Assembly: GCA_002869665.1 (NCBI GenBank)
Contig: PKUG01000183.1
Span: forward strand, 1-54,643
Source of the DNA: Desulfuromonas sp.
GTDB taxonomy: Bacteria > Desulfobacterota > Desulfuromonadia > Desulfuromonadales > Geopsychrobacteraceae
DNA length: 54,643 nt
Direction: 5' to 3'
Every line of letters begins with the position of its first letter. Position 1 is the stretch's first letter. The position numbers were made by a program, and so were the translations under genes. The notes under the pieces were generated by a model. It was given only the letters and a program-made list of their open reading frames with translations, made no database searches and was not told where the DNA came from. Shown here piece after piece: positions 9,758-19,540 of this stretch.

Positions 9758-10368
9758 AACTGGAGATCGTCCAGCTGGCCGCCAGCGAGATGAAGAATTT
9801 TTCCTATCTGATCTACTGCCCGGAGACATTGATCGGCGCGGCGGTCGATCCATCCCTGCGTCCCGAGGTCCTGATCGCCGCTGCCGAAGAGCGGGGCGTA
9901 ACTCTCAAGCTGCTGCTCAACACCCACGGGCATCGCGACCACACGGCCGGGAATGCCCTTATTCGCGAACAGAGCGGTGCCCAGCTCGCCGCTCACAGGG
10001 ATGACGTCCCCGAAGCCGAAATTCCCCTCGGCGACGGCAATACGCTCGAAATGGGGAGCGGTCGCATTGAGGTGCTTCACACCCCCGGACACAGCCCGGG
10101 TTCGCTGGTATTCAAATGCGGCGCGCAGATCATCACCGGCGACACACTGTTCGTCAGCCGCTGTGGCCGCGCCGACCTGAACGGCAGTGACGTCAGGAAA
10201 CTCTACACCAGCCTCCAGAGGTTGAAAAAACTACCACCGGAAACTCACGTCTGGCCGGGGCACGATTACGGACCGACGCCCTCATCCACCCTGGGCTGGG
10301 AACTGGAGCATAACGACTTCATCCGCTGCACGGATCTCGAAAGCTTCATTCGGCTACGCATGGGCTGA
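9751..10368 (+). CDS. MBL-fold metallo-hydrolase (glyoxalase II-like)
   Basis: The HxHxDH motif is present as NTHGHRDHTAGN, followed by HTPGHSPGS and a later GHDY. Confidence 0.85.
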   Translation: MVELEIVQLAASEMKNFSYLIYCPETLIGAAVDPSLRPEVLIAAAEERGVTLKLLLNTHGHRDHTAGNALIREQSGAQLAAHRDDVPEAEIPLGDGNTLEMGSGRIEVLHTPGHSPGSLVFKCGAQIITGDTLFVSRCGRADLNGSDVRKLYTSLQRLKKLPPETHVWPGHDYGPTPSSTLGWELEHNDFIRCTDLESFIRLRMG

Positions 10369-10372
10369 ACGA

Positions 10373-10414
10373 AAAAAAGCCGCTCCTTCCTGATGGTGGG
10401 AGCGGCTTTTTTTC
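10373..10414. terminator. Bidirectional terminator between the convergent MBL and RDD genes
   Basis: AAAAAAGCCGCTCC ... GGGAGCGGCTTTTTTT, with an A-tract and a T-tract on either side. Confidence 0.75.
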
Positions 10415-10435
10415 GTTCATGAGCAGTGCGAAATG

Positions 10436-11851
10436 CTACTGATCGTTCACCACCTGCTTACGTAGTCGGATCAGCCGTGTACCGGCAATCTTGTCATTCC
10501 ATCCCCGCCGTTCCTTGCTGGCAAGAATCGTCAGATAGCCCAAACCAATCGGCAGGATCTGTAACAGACCACCGACGCTACGCAGGAACGCGTGGGAGAA
10601 AGACATCGGCGCCCCCGAAACAGTCTCGACCTGCAAACCGAGCAACATCTTGCCAAGGGTCTGGCCGGCAAGGAAATGGAACAAGGTAAAATAGCCAAAA
10701 GCCAGAAAGAACATGACCAGGAAATAGGGAATTGAGAGATCGATCAACGTCTCCAGGCTCGGCAACCAGTGATCCCCTTTGCCGGTCATGGCCAGCTCAG
10801 CAGCAATAATAAAACAGGCCCCAACCAGAGCGAGCAGGACGACATCGCAGAGAAAGGCCACGATCCGCCCCCCGAATGAGGGGACGGCAACAGCGGCAGC
10901 ATCTACAGGCGTCTGGTCATATGCGCTCTCCTCCACTCCTTCAGAGAAGCCAATCTCTTCTTCAGCAAAGGGATCTTCGGCGGCGGGAGTCTCGGCATCA
11001 TCCAGAGCGGCAGCTGCTGCTAAGGACCCATGAACAGGCACCGCTCCTGTCGCCGGTTCGACAGTCGGGCTTGCCGACGGGGCGACGTCAACAACCGTGG
11101 GCTGTTCGTCTTCAAAGACAAACGACTCCTCTTCCGGAATCGATTCATCCTCATCGGTCCAGAAAGCGTCCTGAAGCGGCTCGGAAAGGTACTCGTCCTG
11201 AGTCACAGCAGCAGGTCCGGCGGACGCAGCGGTTGCGTCGGCAAATCCCTGATCAGCTACCGGAGCCCCCTCATCAGGAGAAAGCTCCGGTAATTCAAAA
11301 GGGCTTGGGGAAGCCTCCCCACTTCCTTTATCCCCTTTATCATCGGGTTCATCATCACTGCCAAAACCGAAATCATCGTCGAGATCGTCATCTCCCTCCG
11401 GGACGTCAAAGGAAAAATCGTCAGCCGTCGGTTTGATCTCGGAGCTTTCGCTCTTGGGCTCGGCGCTACGCTCCTCTTCGTTTTCAGGCATTTCCTCGAA
11501 CAGTTCGTCGAAGGAAAGGTCTTCCTCCTCGCCTTCTTCACCCATAAAATCGAAGCCGAAGTCGTCACCGGCCGCTTCCTGCGGGGCCATCGGGGCGACA
11601 ACGGGGGCATTCTGATCTGCCGCTGCGGGGGTCTCCACTGAGACCTCCTCGGCCGCGGTTTCGGCAGCCACCGTCGCTGCAGCCTCCATAACGCCTTCCG
11701 ATACCGCCGGCGCCTCATTCCCCTGCGGCTTGTTCGGGAAAAGTATGCTCCTGATGCCGAAACGTTCCTTGAATTCGGCCAGATCCTTGCCGCACTTCTT
11801 ACAGGTGTCGAGGTAATCGAAACTCGTGTAGCCACACTTGGGACATTTCAT
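10436..11851 (-). CDS. RDD-family membrane protein with an N-terminal zinc ribbon and a long acidic low-complexity linker
   Basis: MKCPKCGYTSFDYLDTCKKCGKDL (CxxC..CxxC) is followed by about 300 aa rich in D/E/A/P. The C-terminal RDD-type membrane domain follows (GGRIVAFLCDVVLL...GWNDKIAGT). Confidence 0.8.
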   Translation of the reverse strand: MKCPKCGYTSFDYLDTCKKCGKDLAEFKERFGIRSILFPNKPQGNEAPAVSEGVMEAAATVAAETAAEEVSVETPAAADQNAPVVAPMAPQEAAGDDFGFDFMGEEGEEEDLSFDELFEEMPENEEERSAEPKSESSEIKPTADDFSFDVPEGDDDLDDDFGFGSDDEPDDKGDKGSGEASPSPFELPELSPDEGAPVADQGFADATAASAGPAAVTQDEYLSEPLQDAFWTDEDESIPEEESFVFEDEQPTVVDVAPSASPTVEPATGAVPVHGSLAAAAALDDAETPAAEDPFAEEEIGFSEGVEESAYDQTPVDAAAVAVPSFGGRIVAFLCDVVLLALVGACFIIAAELAMTGKGDHWLPSLETLIDLSIPYFLVMFFLAFGYFTLFHFLAGQTLGKMLLGLQVETVSGAPMSFSHAFLRSVGGLLQILPIGLGYLTILASKERRGWNDKIAGTRLIRLRKQVVNDQ

Positions 11852-11972
11852 GACTCATCCTTTCATTTGAACCAACATCTATCGCCCGAGAAGCAGATCC
11901 GCTTTATTACCTTCTAGCATTTATCGCCCCACGCTTCGGGAGCCGTGGCAATTATAACAGGAATTCGCCGTT

Positions 11973-12698
11973 TCAGACACCGGCCATATCCCCATAAAGA
12001 TATTGCAGAATTGCAACAATCGCAAGGCCGGCTGTTTCCGTACGCAAAATCCGCGGCCCCAGGCTGACCGAACGAAAACCGTGAGTTTCCGCCAGGGTTG
12101 CTTCGGCAGCGCTCATCCCCCCCTCGGGACCGACCACCACGACAACGCTACGGGGTTGCGCTGCAGCAAACCCTCCGGCAAGAGCGGCCTGACTCTCTTC
12201 CCAGAGGAAAAGCTTCTCGTCCCCCTCCGCATCGGCCAGGGTCGTTGAGAACGAAGAGGGCAGATCAAGTTGCGGCAAATGATACTGGTGACATTGCCGG
12301 GCCGCTTCCTGAATGATTTTTCCCCAGCGCTCGAGCCGCTCTTCGCGGCGATTGTCGGCAATCCGGCCGACACTCCGCTCCATCGGCACCAGGACAAAAT
12401 GACTGACACCCAACTCGGTCCCTTTTTGCAGAATCAATTCCAGCTTATCCCCCTTCGGAATCCCCTGAATCAGGGTAATCCGGCAGGGCGGGGCCGGTTG
12501 CTCTGCAACCGTTCCAAGTTCAACCTGAGCATCAGCCAAAAGAACCGCTTCAGCATATCGGCCAGTCCCATCAAACAGATGAATACGGGCCCCCGGCTTG
12601 AGGCGCAGAACTTTCTCGATATGTTTTTTGAGCTCGCCCGGCAGTGCGACCCGAGAGCCTGAGACAAAGTCGATTCCGGGAAGGCAGAAACTGCGCAT
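11973..12698 (-). CDS. rsmE: 16S rRNA (uracil1498-N3)-methyltransferase
   Basis: RsmE pattern: ..HIEKVLRLKPG.., LIQGIPKGDKLELILQKGTELGV, VVVGPEGG. ATG 12698 shares 1 nt with the prmA stop. Confidence 0.88.
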   Translation of the reverse strand: MRSFCLPGIDFVSGSRVALPGELKKHIEKVLRLKPGARIHLFDGTGRYAEAVLLADAQVELGTVAEQPAPPCRITLIQGIPKGDKLELILQKGTELGVSHFVLVPMERSVGRIADNRREERLERWGKIIQEAARQCHQYHLPQLDLPSSFSTTLADAEGDEKLFLWEESQAALAGGFAAAQPRSVVVVVGPEGGMSAAEATLAETHGFRSVSLGPRILRTETAGLAIVAILQYLYGDMAGV

Positions 12699-13615
12699 CA
12701 GTCCCGCTGCCGAAAGACCAGACAGACCCACTCTTCGGCATAGCGGGTCTCCAGGTAGGTCAAGGGCAGATCCGAGAATTCGTCGCGCACATAATCCTCT
12801 TTTTCTTTAAGGATACCGGAAAGAATGAGCGTCCCCCCCGGGGCCAGATGAGCGAGGAACTCATGCTTCAGGCGAACATTTTCCTCTGCCAGGATATTGG
12901 CGACAAGAAGGTCATAACGTCCGGGCAAGTCTTCGAGCAACTGATCCGTCACCCGGATACTCTCCTGCAGTCCGTTTTTGGCAATATTCTCCCGCGCCAC
13001 CTGGCAGGCATCCGGATCGATATCCGTGGCCAGAATATTACAACAGCCCAAGGCTGCGGCACCAAGAGAGAGGATTCCCGAACCGGTACCGACATCAAGG
13101 ATAGAGGCGAGCGGCCCACTTTCGTTGAGGATCTCTTCGATCACCTCGAGACACAGGCGGGTTGTTCCATGTGTACCGGTACCAAAGGCCATACCGGGAT
13201 CTATCTCGACAAGCGCCACACCGTCGGGAAGAGGCTCATCTTCCCAGCTCGGACGGATCACCAGGCGACCGATCTGCATCGTTGAAAAGTTCTGTTTCCA
13301 GTTTTCCGCCCAGTCCTCGGCACCGACGACCTCGGCAACACGGATCGCCGGCGGCTGCTGAGCCAGAACGGGGATTCTGACGATGGCCTCATGCAGTGAC
13401 GCAATCAGGTCAGCGGAATCCCCCTCGTTGGGGAAATAAGCTTTCAGGATGTACCTTTTGTCCGGATCAAGCTCATCGTCGGGGACAACAAAGGTATCGA
13501 GAACCCGCTCCTCGACAATGGTTCCGGCACTGCCGCATTCAGCAAGGATCTCGCCGACCAGATCGGCAAAAGCCCCATTAACAGTCACTTCAATGATAAG
13601 CCATTCATTTTTCAT
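12698..13615 (-). CDS. prmA: Ribosomal protein L11 methyltransferase
   Basis: IDPGMAFGTGTHGTTRLCLE and the SAM motif LDVGTGSGILS are present. The start could be ATG 13615 or GTG 13621. Confidence 0.9.
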   Translation of the reverse strand: MKNEWLIIEVTVNGAFADLVGEILAECGSAGTIVEERVLDTFVVPDDELDPDKRYILKAYFPNEGDSADLIASLHEAIVRIPVLAQQPPAIRVAEVVGAEDWAENWKQNFSTMQIGRLVIRPSWEDEPLPDGVALVEIDPGMAFGTGTHGTTRLCLEVIEEILNESGPLASILDVGTGSGILSLGAAALGCCNILATDIDPDACQVARENIAKNGLQESIRVTDQLLEDLPGRYDLLVANILAEENVRLKHEFLAHLAPGGTLILSGILKEKEDYVRDEFSDLPLTYLETRYAEEWVCLVFRQRD

Positions 13616-13966
13616 AGGCACTAATTAACAGATTCTATCACAGAAAGGCAACAGTGAATAACACCGGAAAACCGCGAATCAAAGACAACTTCACCAACAC
13701 AAACCGGGAGAAAGCAATAATTAAAAATATCTATAAAATCTCTTGCACCCCCTTCCGCACTCTGCTAATGTTGCACGTGCTCTCATGAAAGAGTTTTACT
13801 TAAAAAATCTTGCAAAAACCTGTACCATACGGAAGCGGCCAACACCTTGGGCCGATGACCTGCCGCTAAATGAATTCGACATTACAATTATTTAACCCTT
13901 CGGTCATTTCAGTGTTGACGCATTGAAATTGCCTATTCTCATTTTATGTTTCAAGAAGGAGACGCT

Positions 13967-14641
13967 ATGCGCATCCTGGTGGTAGAAGATGAAAAAAAAG
14001 TCGCAGGCTTCATCAAAAGGGGCCTCGAAGAAGAAGGTTTTAACGTCGATGTTGCCTATGACGGTGAAGAAGGCGTCAGCATGGCGATAAATTCGACCTA
14101 CGACCTGATTCTGATGGACGTCATGCTGCCGAAGAAAGATGGCATCAGCGCTGTCAGGGAATTGCGCGAGCAACAGCTCTCTACGCCGGTTTTGTGCCTG
14201 ACGGCGAAAGATGGTGTTCAAGACATCGTCAACGGCCTAGACAGCGGTAGCGATGACTATCTGACCAAGCCGTTCGCCTTTGCCGAACTGGTCGCCCGGA
14301 TCAAGGCCTTGATCCGTCGCGGCTCCCAGGACCGTGGCGCTGAACTCCACTTTGCCGACCTGAGGCTTGATCCGGTCGGTCACAAGGTCTGGCGCAGCAA
14401 CAAGGAAATCGATCTGACGGCTAAGGAATATGCCCTGCTCGAATACTTTATGCGCAATCCGAACCAGGTCCTCACCAGAACCATGATTGCTGAACATGTG
14501 TGGGACTACACCTTTGATTCTTTCACTAATATCATTGATGTCTACGTTAATTATCTGCGCAAGAAAATCGATCGCAATTTCGACCGGAAATTGCTCCACA
14601 CGGTTCGCGGCGTCGGCTATGTGATGAAGGAGTCCGATTAA
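13967..14641 (+). CDS. OmpR-family response regulator (CusR/CopR-like)
   Basis: The REC domain reads MRILVVEDEKK...DLILMDVMLP, and the winged-helix C-terminus includes LHTVRGVGYV. GGAG lies upstream of the ATG. Confidence 0.9.
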   Translation: MRILVVEDEKKVAGFIKRGLEEEGFNVDVAYDGEEGVSMAINSTYDLILMDVMLPKKDGISAVRELREQQLSTPVLCLTAKDGVQDIVNGLDSGSDDYLTKPFAFAELVARIKALIRRGSQDRGAELHFADLRLDPVGHKVWRSNKEIDLTAKEYALLEYFMRNPNQVLTRTMIAEHVWDYTFDSFTNIIDVYVNYLRKKIDRNFDRKLLHTVRGVGYVMKESD

Positions 14642-14642
14642 A

Positions 14643-15764
14643 TTGCCTCCCTGTGGCCAGCAAAATCAGCATCCGCACAAGTGGACCCTGCTGTTTCTTG
14701 CCGCGGTCCTCTGTGGGAGCGGTCTGCTCAGCTTTATCCTTTACCAGCAGTTACTGATGGCGCAGTTGAACGTTCAGACGATTCAAACTGCGGCCGAAGG
14801 GCTGTCGCCGGAAACTGTCAAGAATCGGCTGATCATCTTCGCATCGTTGCTGCTGATTGGAGGGATCGCTATCCTGACCGGCTTCACCTACCTGCAGTGC
14901 AAGTTCGGCAACCCGGCATCAGGCCTCATCAAACACCTGATCAACCAGCTTGAGCGAACGACTCCCGAGCAACGTCCCGGAGCGCTCAGAATCGGAGCAT
15001 TCAACACCCCGGAGGCGGGACGTCTGGCCGATGCATTCAGCACTATGACCAACAGGTTCTACGACAGCCTGTCCAACGCCAACCAGTTCAACGCCAACCT
15101 GACCCACGAGCTGCGTACCCCGTTAACCATCCTGCGGGGGGAAACCGAACTGGCGCTCATGAACGACCGCGACCCGGCACAGTTACGCGCTGCTCTGCAA
15201 TCTAACCTCGACGAAATCAAGCGCATGGGCCTGCTGATCGAGGACCTGCTGTACCTTGCCAAAAGCGATCAGGGGGAGCTGCCTCTCAACCTCGAGTCGT
15301 TGAGCCTGAGGGCGCTTCTGGGAGAGCTGCAGCGCAAAGCCCAAATGCTGGCCGATAGCAAACAGATCACTGTCGACCTGCAACTCCCGAACCCGGCAAT
15401 GCGACTACGAGCCGATGAGCTGCGTTTACGCGAAGCCCTGCTGAACCTACTGAGTAATGCAATTAAATACACACCGGAACAAGGGCGCGTGACGATCAGC
15501 GCACAGGAAACACCTGGCCAGATTGCTCTCTCAGTATCCGACAACGGAATCGGGATCGACAGCAATTTGCTGGAGCGGATATTTGAGCGTTTCTATCGTG
15601 TCGATAAGGCCCGCAACTGCTCCGATGGCGGTTCGGGGCTGGGGCTGTCCATTGTCAAATGGGTCGCAGAAGTGCATGGCGGTCGTGTCCAGGTTCAGTC
15701 GATTCCGGGCCAGGGAAGCAAATTCAGCATAGTGCTGCCCCAAAAAACCGACACAGGGAATTAA
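14643..15764 (+). CDS. Sensor histidine kinase (CusS/BaeS-like: TM-HAMP-HisKA-HATPase)
   Basis: H-box THELRTPLT, N/G boxes LLSNAIKYT, DNGIGI and GGSGLGLSIV. The apparent TTG start lies 1 nt after the regulator stop. Confidence 0.88.
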   Translation: MPPCGQQNQHPHKWTLLFLAAVLCGSGLLSFILYQQLLMAQLNVQTIQTAAEGLSPETVKNRLIIFASLLLIGGIAILTGFTYLQCKFGNPASGLIKHLINQLERTTPEQRPGALRIGAFNTPEAGRLADAFSTMTNRFYDSLSNANQFNANLTHELRTPLTILRGETELALMNDRDPAQLRAALQSNLDEIKRMGLLIEDLLYLAKSDQGELPLNLESLSLRALLGELQRKAQMLADSKQITVDLQLPNPAMRLRADELRLREALLNLLSNAIKYTPEQGRVTISAQETPGQIALSVSDNGIGIDSNLLERIFERFYRVDKARNCSDGGSGLGLSIVKWVAEVHGGRVQVQSIPGQGSKFSIVLPQKTDTGN

Positions 15765-15838
15765 ACGAAAAAAAATATTTTCTTAAATTTTTTGAGTTCA
15801 CTTTTCACTAAAAATCGCCTATAGTTTTTATAGAAACT

Positions 15839-15900
15839 CCTTCGGGGGTTTCGTGCCCCGAAGACCTCCCCCCCCTCCAGGTCTTTGGGGCATTTTTTAT
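15839..15900 (+). terminator. Hairpins plus T-tract after the kinase gene
   Basis: CTTCGGGG..CCCCGAAG, then GACCT..AGGTC, then GGGGCATTTTTTATT. Confidence 0.4.
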
Positions 15901-16029
15901 TCCCCCTCTCAAAGTTTGGTCGCAATGAGAGCTCTCCGGCCAACCGCAGACCTGAACGAGTCGAATCATCGCCCGGCGACTGCGTATCTGCACAGTGCAA
16001 ATATCCCTTTCTCGTGATAATCTGCGCGC

Positions 16030-17406
16030 ATGCGCATAACTATCAAACAACAAGTCCTGTTAGCTCCGGCAACCGTCCTGACTTTATTAGTGTTTTTGCT
16101 GATTTTTATGCACTACACCTACTGGAACCTGTCGAACAAACGCCGCGAAGCCAAAGCCGTCGGTTCTTCGTTCATCGCCCTCGCCGAAGCCGATATGGCT
16201 GCACGCCGACTCCATCTGCTCCTCAGAGGGCTGCAGCAGACCGGCATGGCGGCCCCGGAAGACATGGCCCTCGTCGCAGATCTCTACGAGCGCCTGTTGA
16301 CTGCCGTCGACCGTATCCAGCCGTTCGGACCGCTCAAAGACACCGGACAGATCGATCGCCTCAGAAGCCTCGCTGAAGACCTTAACCCCGCCAGCAGTCC
16401 AGACGAACAACGGATCGCTGAACGCTTCGCCGTTTTTCGAGCGGAGCTCTCGTCATTGTCCAATGTGACCCAGATCCAGCTGAACAAGATGCGCCTGTTA
16501 CACGAGGAGGATGTCACCCGTCTGGTGGAACGAACGACCCAGGTTTCGATCGCCGTTCTCGCGCTGGCGCTGGTTTTGGGACTGTTCCTCTCGATCTATT
16601 TCAGCAGGCGCCTGCTCCAGCGTATCCAGCACCTCTCGCGCAATGCCGTTACCATCGCTGACGGAAGCCTGGTCCTTCCCGAAGCACCGGACCGCATACG
16701 TGACGAGCTCGACACCCTTGCCCTGTCGATCAACCGTATGACCAAACGTCTGATCCGCGTGGTCGGCACCGAAAAGCTGCTTGAAGGCGCAGAGGAAGAG
16801 CGTCGCCGCATCGCCATGGATCTCCACGACCAGTCTTTGTCCGACCTGTCGTCGATCCTGCGTGGACTGCAGGGGCTGCAGGGGCTGCAGGGGACATCAC
16901 TGACCGGAGAGCTGCACGAGAAAACAGCTCATCTGACGCACGAACTGGAACATGCCATCAGCAACCTGCGCGACATCATGAATAATCTGCATCCGCAGAC
17001 TCTCGACATCCTCGGGCTCGGCGCCGCGATCGAAGCGCACCTGGAACAGCACTGCGACAGCATGGAGCTGCCGGAATACCACTTCTATCTCGATCCCAGG
17101 GTCGAGGAGTTACAGCTTGACCGGACCAAGCAGTTGACGCTCTATCGCATCGCTATCGAAGCAATCCAGAATGTCATCAAGCACGCCTCGGCCAGTCGCT
17201 ACGAAGTCAGCCTCGAAGTCCGCGAGCACAATCTCATCCTTGCCGTCGAGGACAACGGTTGCGGTATCATTGAAAAGAGTAATTATCAGGGGCGCGGACT
17301 CAACAACATTCGCGAACGTGCCCGGGCAATCAGCGCCGAAGTCGTATGGAAGCAATCGCGCTTTTCCAGCGGCACCCGTTTTGAACTGACCCTGCACTGC
17401 ACTTAA
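16030..17406 (+). CDS. Sensor histidine kinase, HisKA_3 (NarX/LiaS-like) type with HAMP
   Basis: H-box RRRIAMDLHDQSLSDL, and HATPase motifs IQNVIKHA, EDNGCGI and GRGLNNIRERA. It contains an in-frame LQGLQGLQG repeat. Confidence 0.88.
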   Translation: MRITIKQQVLLAPATVLTLLVFLLIFMHYTYWNLSNKRREAKAVGSSFIALAEADMAARRLHLLLRGLQQTGMAAPEDMALVADLYERLLTAVDRIQPFGPLKDTGQIDRLRSLAEDLNPASSPDEQRIAERFAVFRAELSSLSNVTQIQLNKMRLLHEEDVTRLVERTTQVSIAVLALALVLGLFLSIYFSRRLLQRIQHLSRNAVTIADGSLVLPEAPDRIRDELDTLALSINRMTKRLIRVVGTEKLLEGAEEERRRIAMDLHDQSLSDLSSILRGLQGLQGLQGTSLTGELHEKTAHLTHELEHAISNLRDIMNNLHPQTLDILGLGAAIEAHLEQHCDSMELPEYHFYLDPRVEELQLDRTKQLTLYRIAIEAIQNVIKHASASRYEVSLEVREHNLILAVEDNGCGIIEKSNYQGRGLNNIRERARAISAEVVWKQSRFSSGTRFELTLHCT

Positions 17407-17423
17407 AACCCTTCGGAGTCATC

Positions 17424-18179
17424 ATGGAAAAGCTGGACATTCTCATCGCTGAAGACAATCCGAAAGATTTCGAATTTCTCGAGCAACTGCTGTCCGACTG
17501 GGAAGAACCGGTCAATATCACCCGGGCGCCAAACGGCCGGGTCGCCCTTGAGCTTGGGTTGGCGCGTAAGAACCCGTTGATCATCAGTGATATCCAGATG
17601 CCGGAAATGAGCGGCATTGATTTCGCGAAGAGACTCTGGGAACAGCAACCGGAAGCCCGGATCGTCTTCTGGAGTCAGTTCAAAGATGAGATGTACGTCC
17701 GCTCTCTCGTCAAGGTCGTTCCGCCGGAAACGGTCTACGGCTACATCCTCAAATCCAGTCCCAAGGAACGGATCGCGGCAGCCATTCACACGGTGCTGAT
17801 CGAAGAACAGTGCTGGATCGCTCCCGAGGTTCGTAAAGTCCAGGGGCGTGCCGGGCACAGCCTGACCGCACTCTCAGACATCGAATACGAAGCCCTGCTC
17901 GACATCTCCCTCGGCCTGACCGACAACCTGATTGCCCAACGACGCTATCTATCGCGCCGCGGGGTGCAGAGCCGTCTCAACTCTCTCTACAACAAACTCG
18001 GAATCGACCAGGAGCAGTACCACAGCGAGAAGGTTGGCGACTCGTTCAACCTGCGCAATCGGGCAGTTGCCGTTTCCCTGGCCCGCGGGCTGATCAACGC
18101 CTACGAAATGGAGAAAGAAGAACTGGATTTCCAGGAGTGGTTCCAACGTTTCCAACGCACACACAAATCTAAACGCTGA
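17424..18179 (+). CDS. Response regulator, REC + LuxR/FixJ-type HTH
   Basis: The REC domain reads LDILIAEDNP...LIISDIQMPEMSG. The C-terminal HTH-like segment reads LSDIEYEALLDISLGLTDNLIAQRRYLSRRGVQSRLNSLYNKLGI. Confidence 0.82.
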   Translation: MEKLDILIAEDNPKDFEFLEQLLSDWEEPVNITRAPNGRVALELGLARKNPLIISDIQMPEMSGIDFAKRLWEQQPEARIVFWSQFKDEMYVRSLVKVVPPETVYGYILKSSPKERIAAAIHTVLIEEQCWIAPEVRKVQGRAGHSLTALSDIEYEALLDISLGLTDNLIAQRRYLSRRGVQSRLNSLYNKLGIDQEQYHSEKVGDSFNLRNRAVAVSLARGLINAYEMEKEELDFQEWFQRFQRTHKSKR

Positions 18180-18216
18180 AGCCCTCCCGGGGGACGATTT
18201 TACAAAAACTGAAACA

Positions 18217-18266
18217 AAAGCCGACAACCGCTTTTCACTAGACAGCGGTTGTCGGCTTTTGTTTTT
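18217..18266 (+). terminator. Rho-independent terminator
   Basis: AAAAGCCGACAACCGC ... GCGGTTGTCGGCTTTTGTTTTT. Confidence 0.8.
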
Positions 18267-18394
18267 CATGACGATTTTCGTCAACAGGGCTATGAATCAG
18301 ATGATCTGAACATAGAGTCCAGCAACGATCAGCGTTCTTCCTCAAGTTGCCGGAGTAAGCGCCAGCTTGTTTTAACTCGACAGCTGTGATAAAA

Positions 18395-18403
18395 GGTCTT
18401 ACC
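18395..18403 (+). promoter_or_regulatory. Possible GntR/FadR-type operator half-palindrome (GGTnnnACC)
   Basis: GGTCTTACC lies 20 nt upstream of the GntR-family gene ATG. Only the core trinucleotides are symmetric. Confidence 0.15.
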
Positions 18404-18422
18404 AAAGATTCCGGAGACAATT

Positions 18423-19160
18423 ATGACCACAGTATTCAAGCCGATCAGACCCAAGAAGCTCTCCGAGGAGATCGTCGATCAGATCAAGGAACTGATCTCA
18501 CGCGGCGACCTCGGCCCGGGACAACGCATTCCTTCTGAACGGGAACTGGCTACCGCCCTCGGGGTCAGCCGTCCGTCTGTTCGCGAGGCGATCATGGTTC
18601 TTGAAGCCATGGGGTTTCTTGAGTCACGCCAGGGGGGCGGAACCTTTGTCCGCTCGCTGGCCGATGTCACCATGGCCGATCCTCTGGCTAACATGGTCGA
18701 ACGTCGTGACCCACGTATGCTTCACGCGCTGACGGAGGTTCGCATCGGCCTAGAAACCTGGTCAGCCTACCTTGCCGCGAAGCGGGCAAACAAAGAAGAA
18801 CTTGAGCACCTGCGCAATCTCTATTCGACCATGGAGGAGCAGGCAAAAAACGGCGGTTGGGATCCGGAGATCGACTTTCAGTTTCACCTGACCATCACTG
18901 CTGCCAGCCACAACACTCTGCAGGTGCATGTTCTGAACACGATTCAGAACCTGTTCCAGACCACCATCATGGTCGCTCTCGGCGAGTTCTACAGCAAGGA
19001 GGGCTACATCGACCTGCTGCTCAACCACCACCGGGAGATCCTTGAAGCGATCGAGGCACGTGATCCCAACCGTGCCCGCCAGTGGATGCTTGAGCACCTG
19101 ACCCTGGTCGAGGAGAAGCTGGCGCTCTTCCTTCAAAAAGAGGGCCCGGAAACGGCATAA
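18423..19160 (+). CDS. GntR-family transcriptional regulator, FadR/FCD subfamily (LldR/PdhR-like)
   Basis: The N-terminal wHTH reads PSERELATALGVSRPSVREAIMVLEAMG. An all-helical FCD-like C-terminus with conserved His residues follows. Confidence 0.88.
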   Translation: MTTVFKPIRPKKLSEEIVDQIKELISRGDLGPGQRIPSERELATALGVSRPSVREAIMVLEAMGFLESRQGGGTFVRSLADVTMADPLANMVERRDPRMLHALTEVRIGLETWSAYLAAKRANKEELEHLRNLYSTMEEQAKNGGWDPEIDFQFHLTITAASHNTLQVHVLNTIQNLFQTTIMVALGEFYSKEGYIDLLLNHHREILEAIEARDPNRARQWMLEHLTLVEEKLALFLQKEGPETA

Positions 19161-19180
19161 TAAATTTCCAGATCGATAAT

Positions 19181-19208
19181 GAAGGCTGCCTGTTGGCAGC
19201 CTTTTTCG
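19181..19208 (+). terminator. Rho-independent terminator
   Basis: AAGGCTGCC TGT TGGCAGCCTT TTTCGTC. Confidence 0.7.
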
Positions 19209-19259
19209 TCTTTGCCAATCATGCTAGAATTTCCCGCAATCAACAGAGGAATAAAGCGG

Positions 19260-19523
19260 ATGGAACATATCTACAAAGCGACACTCGAAAAATGGGGAAC
19301 CGAAGCCCAGTACGATCAGGCCGTTGAGGAATGCGCCGAACTGATCGCCGCGCTCAAACACTTTCGCCGTGGCAAAATCGATCGTCAGGCGGTTATCGAC
19401 GAACTGGCCGATGTCACCCTGATGCTCGGCCAGCTGACCTGGATGTTCGGCCAGGAGCAGGTTGACGCCGCCGTTGCTGCCAAGTTGGAGAAGCTGGAGA
19501 ACCTGCTTAACACAACAGACTGA
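19260..19523 (+). CDS. Small MazG-like nucleotide pyrophosphohydrolase-family protein
   Basis: The 87-aa ORF starts at MEHIYK and has the EECAELIAALKHF...DELADVTLMLGQL pattern (EExxE..D of the all-alpha NTP-PPase fold). AGAGGA lies upstream. Confidence 0.6.
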   Translation: MEHIYKATLEKWGTEAQYDQAVEECAELIAALKHFRRGKIDRQAVIDELADVTLMLGQLTWMFGQEQVDAAVAAKLEKLENLLNTTD

Positions 19524-19540
19524 AACCGAGGAGTTGACAC

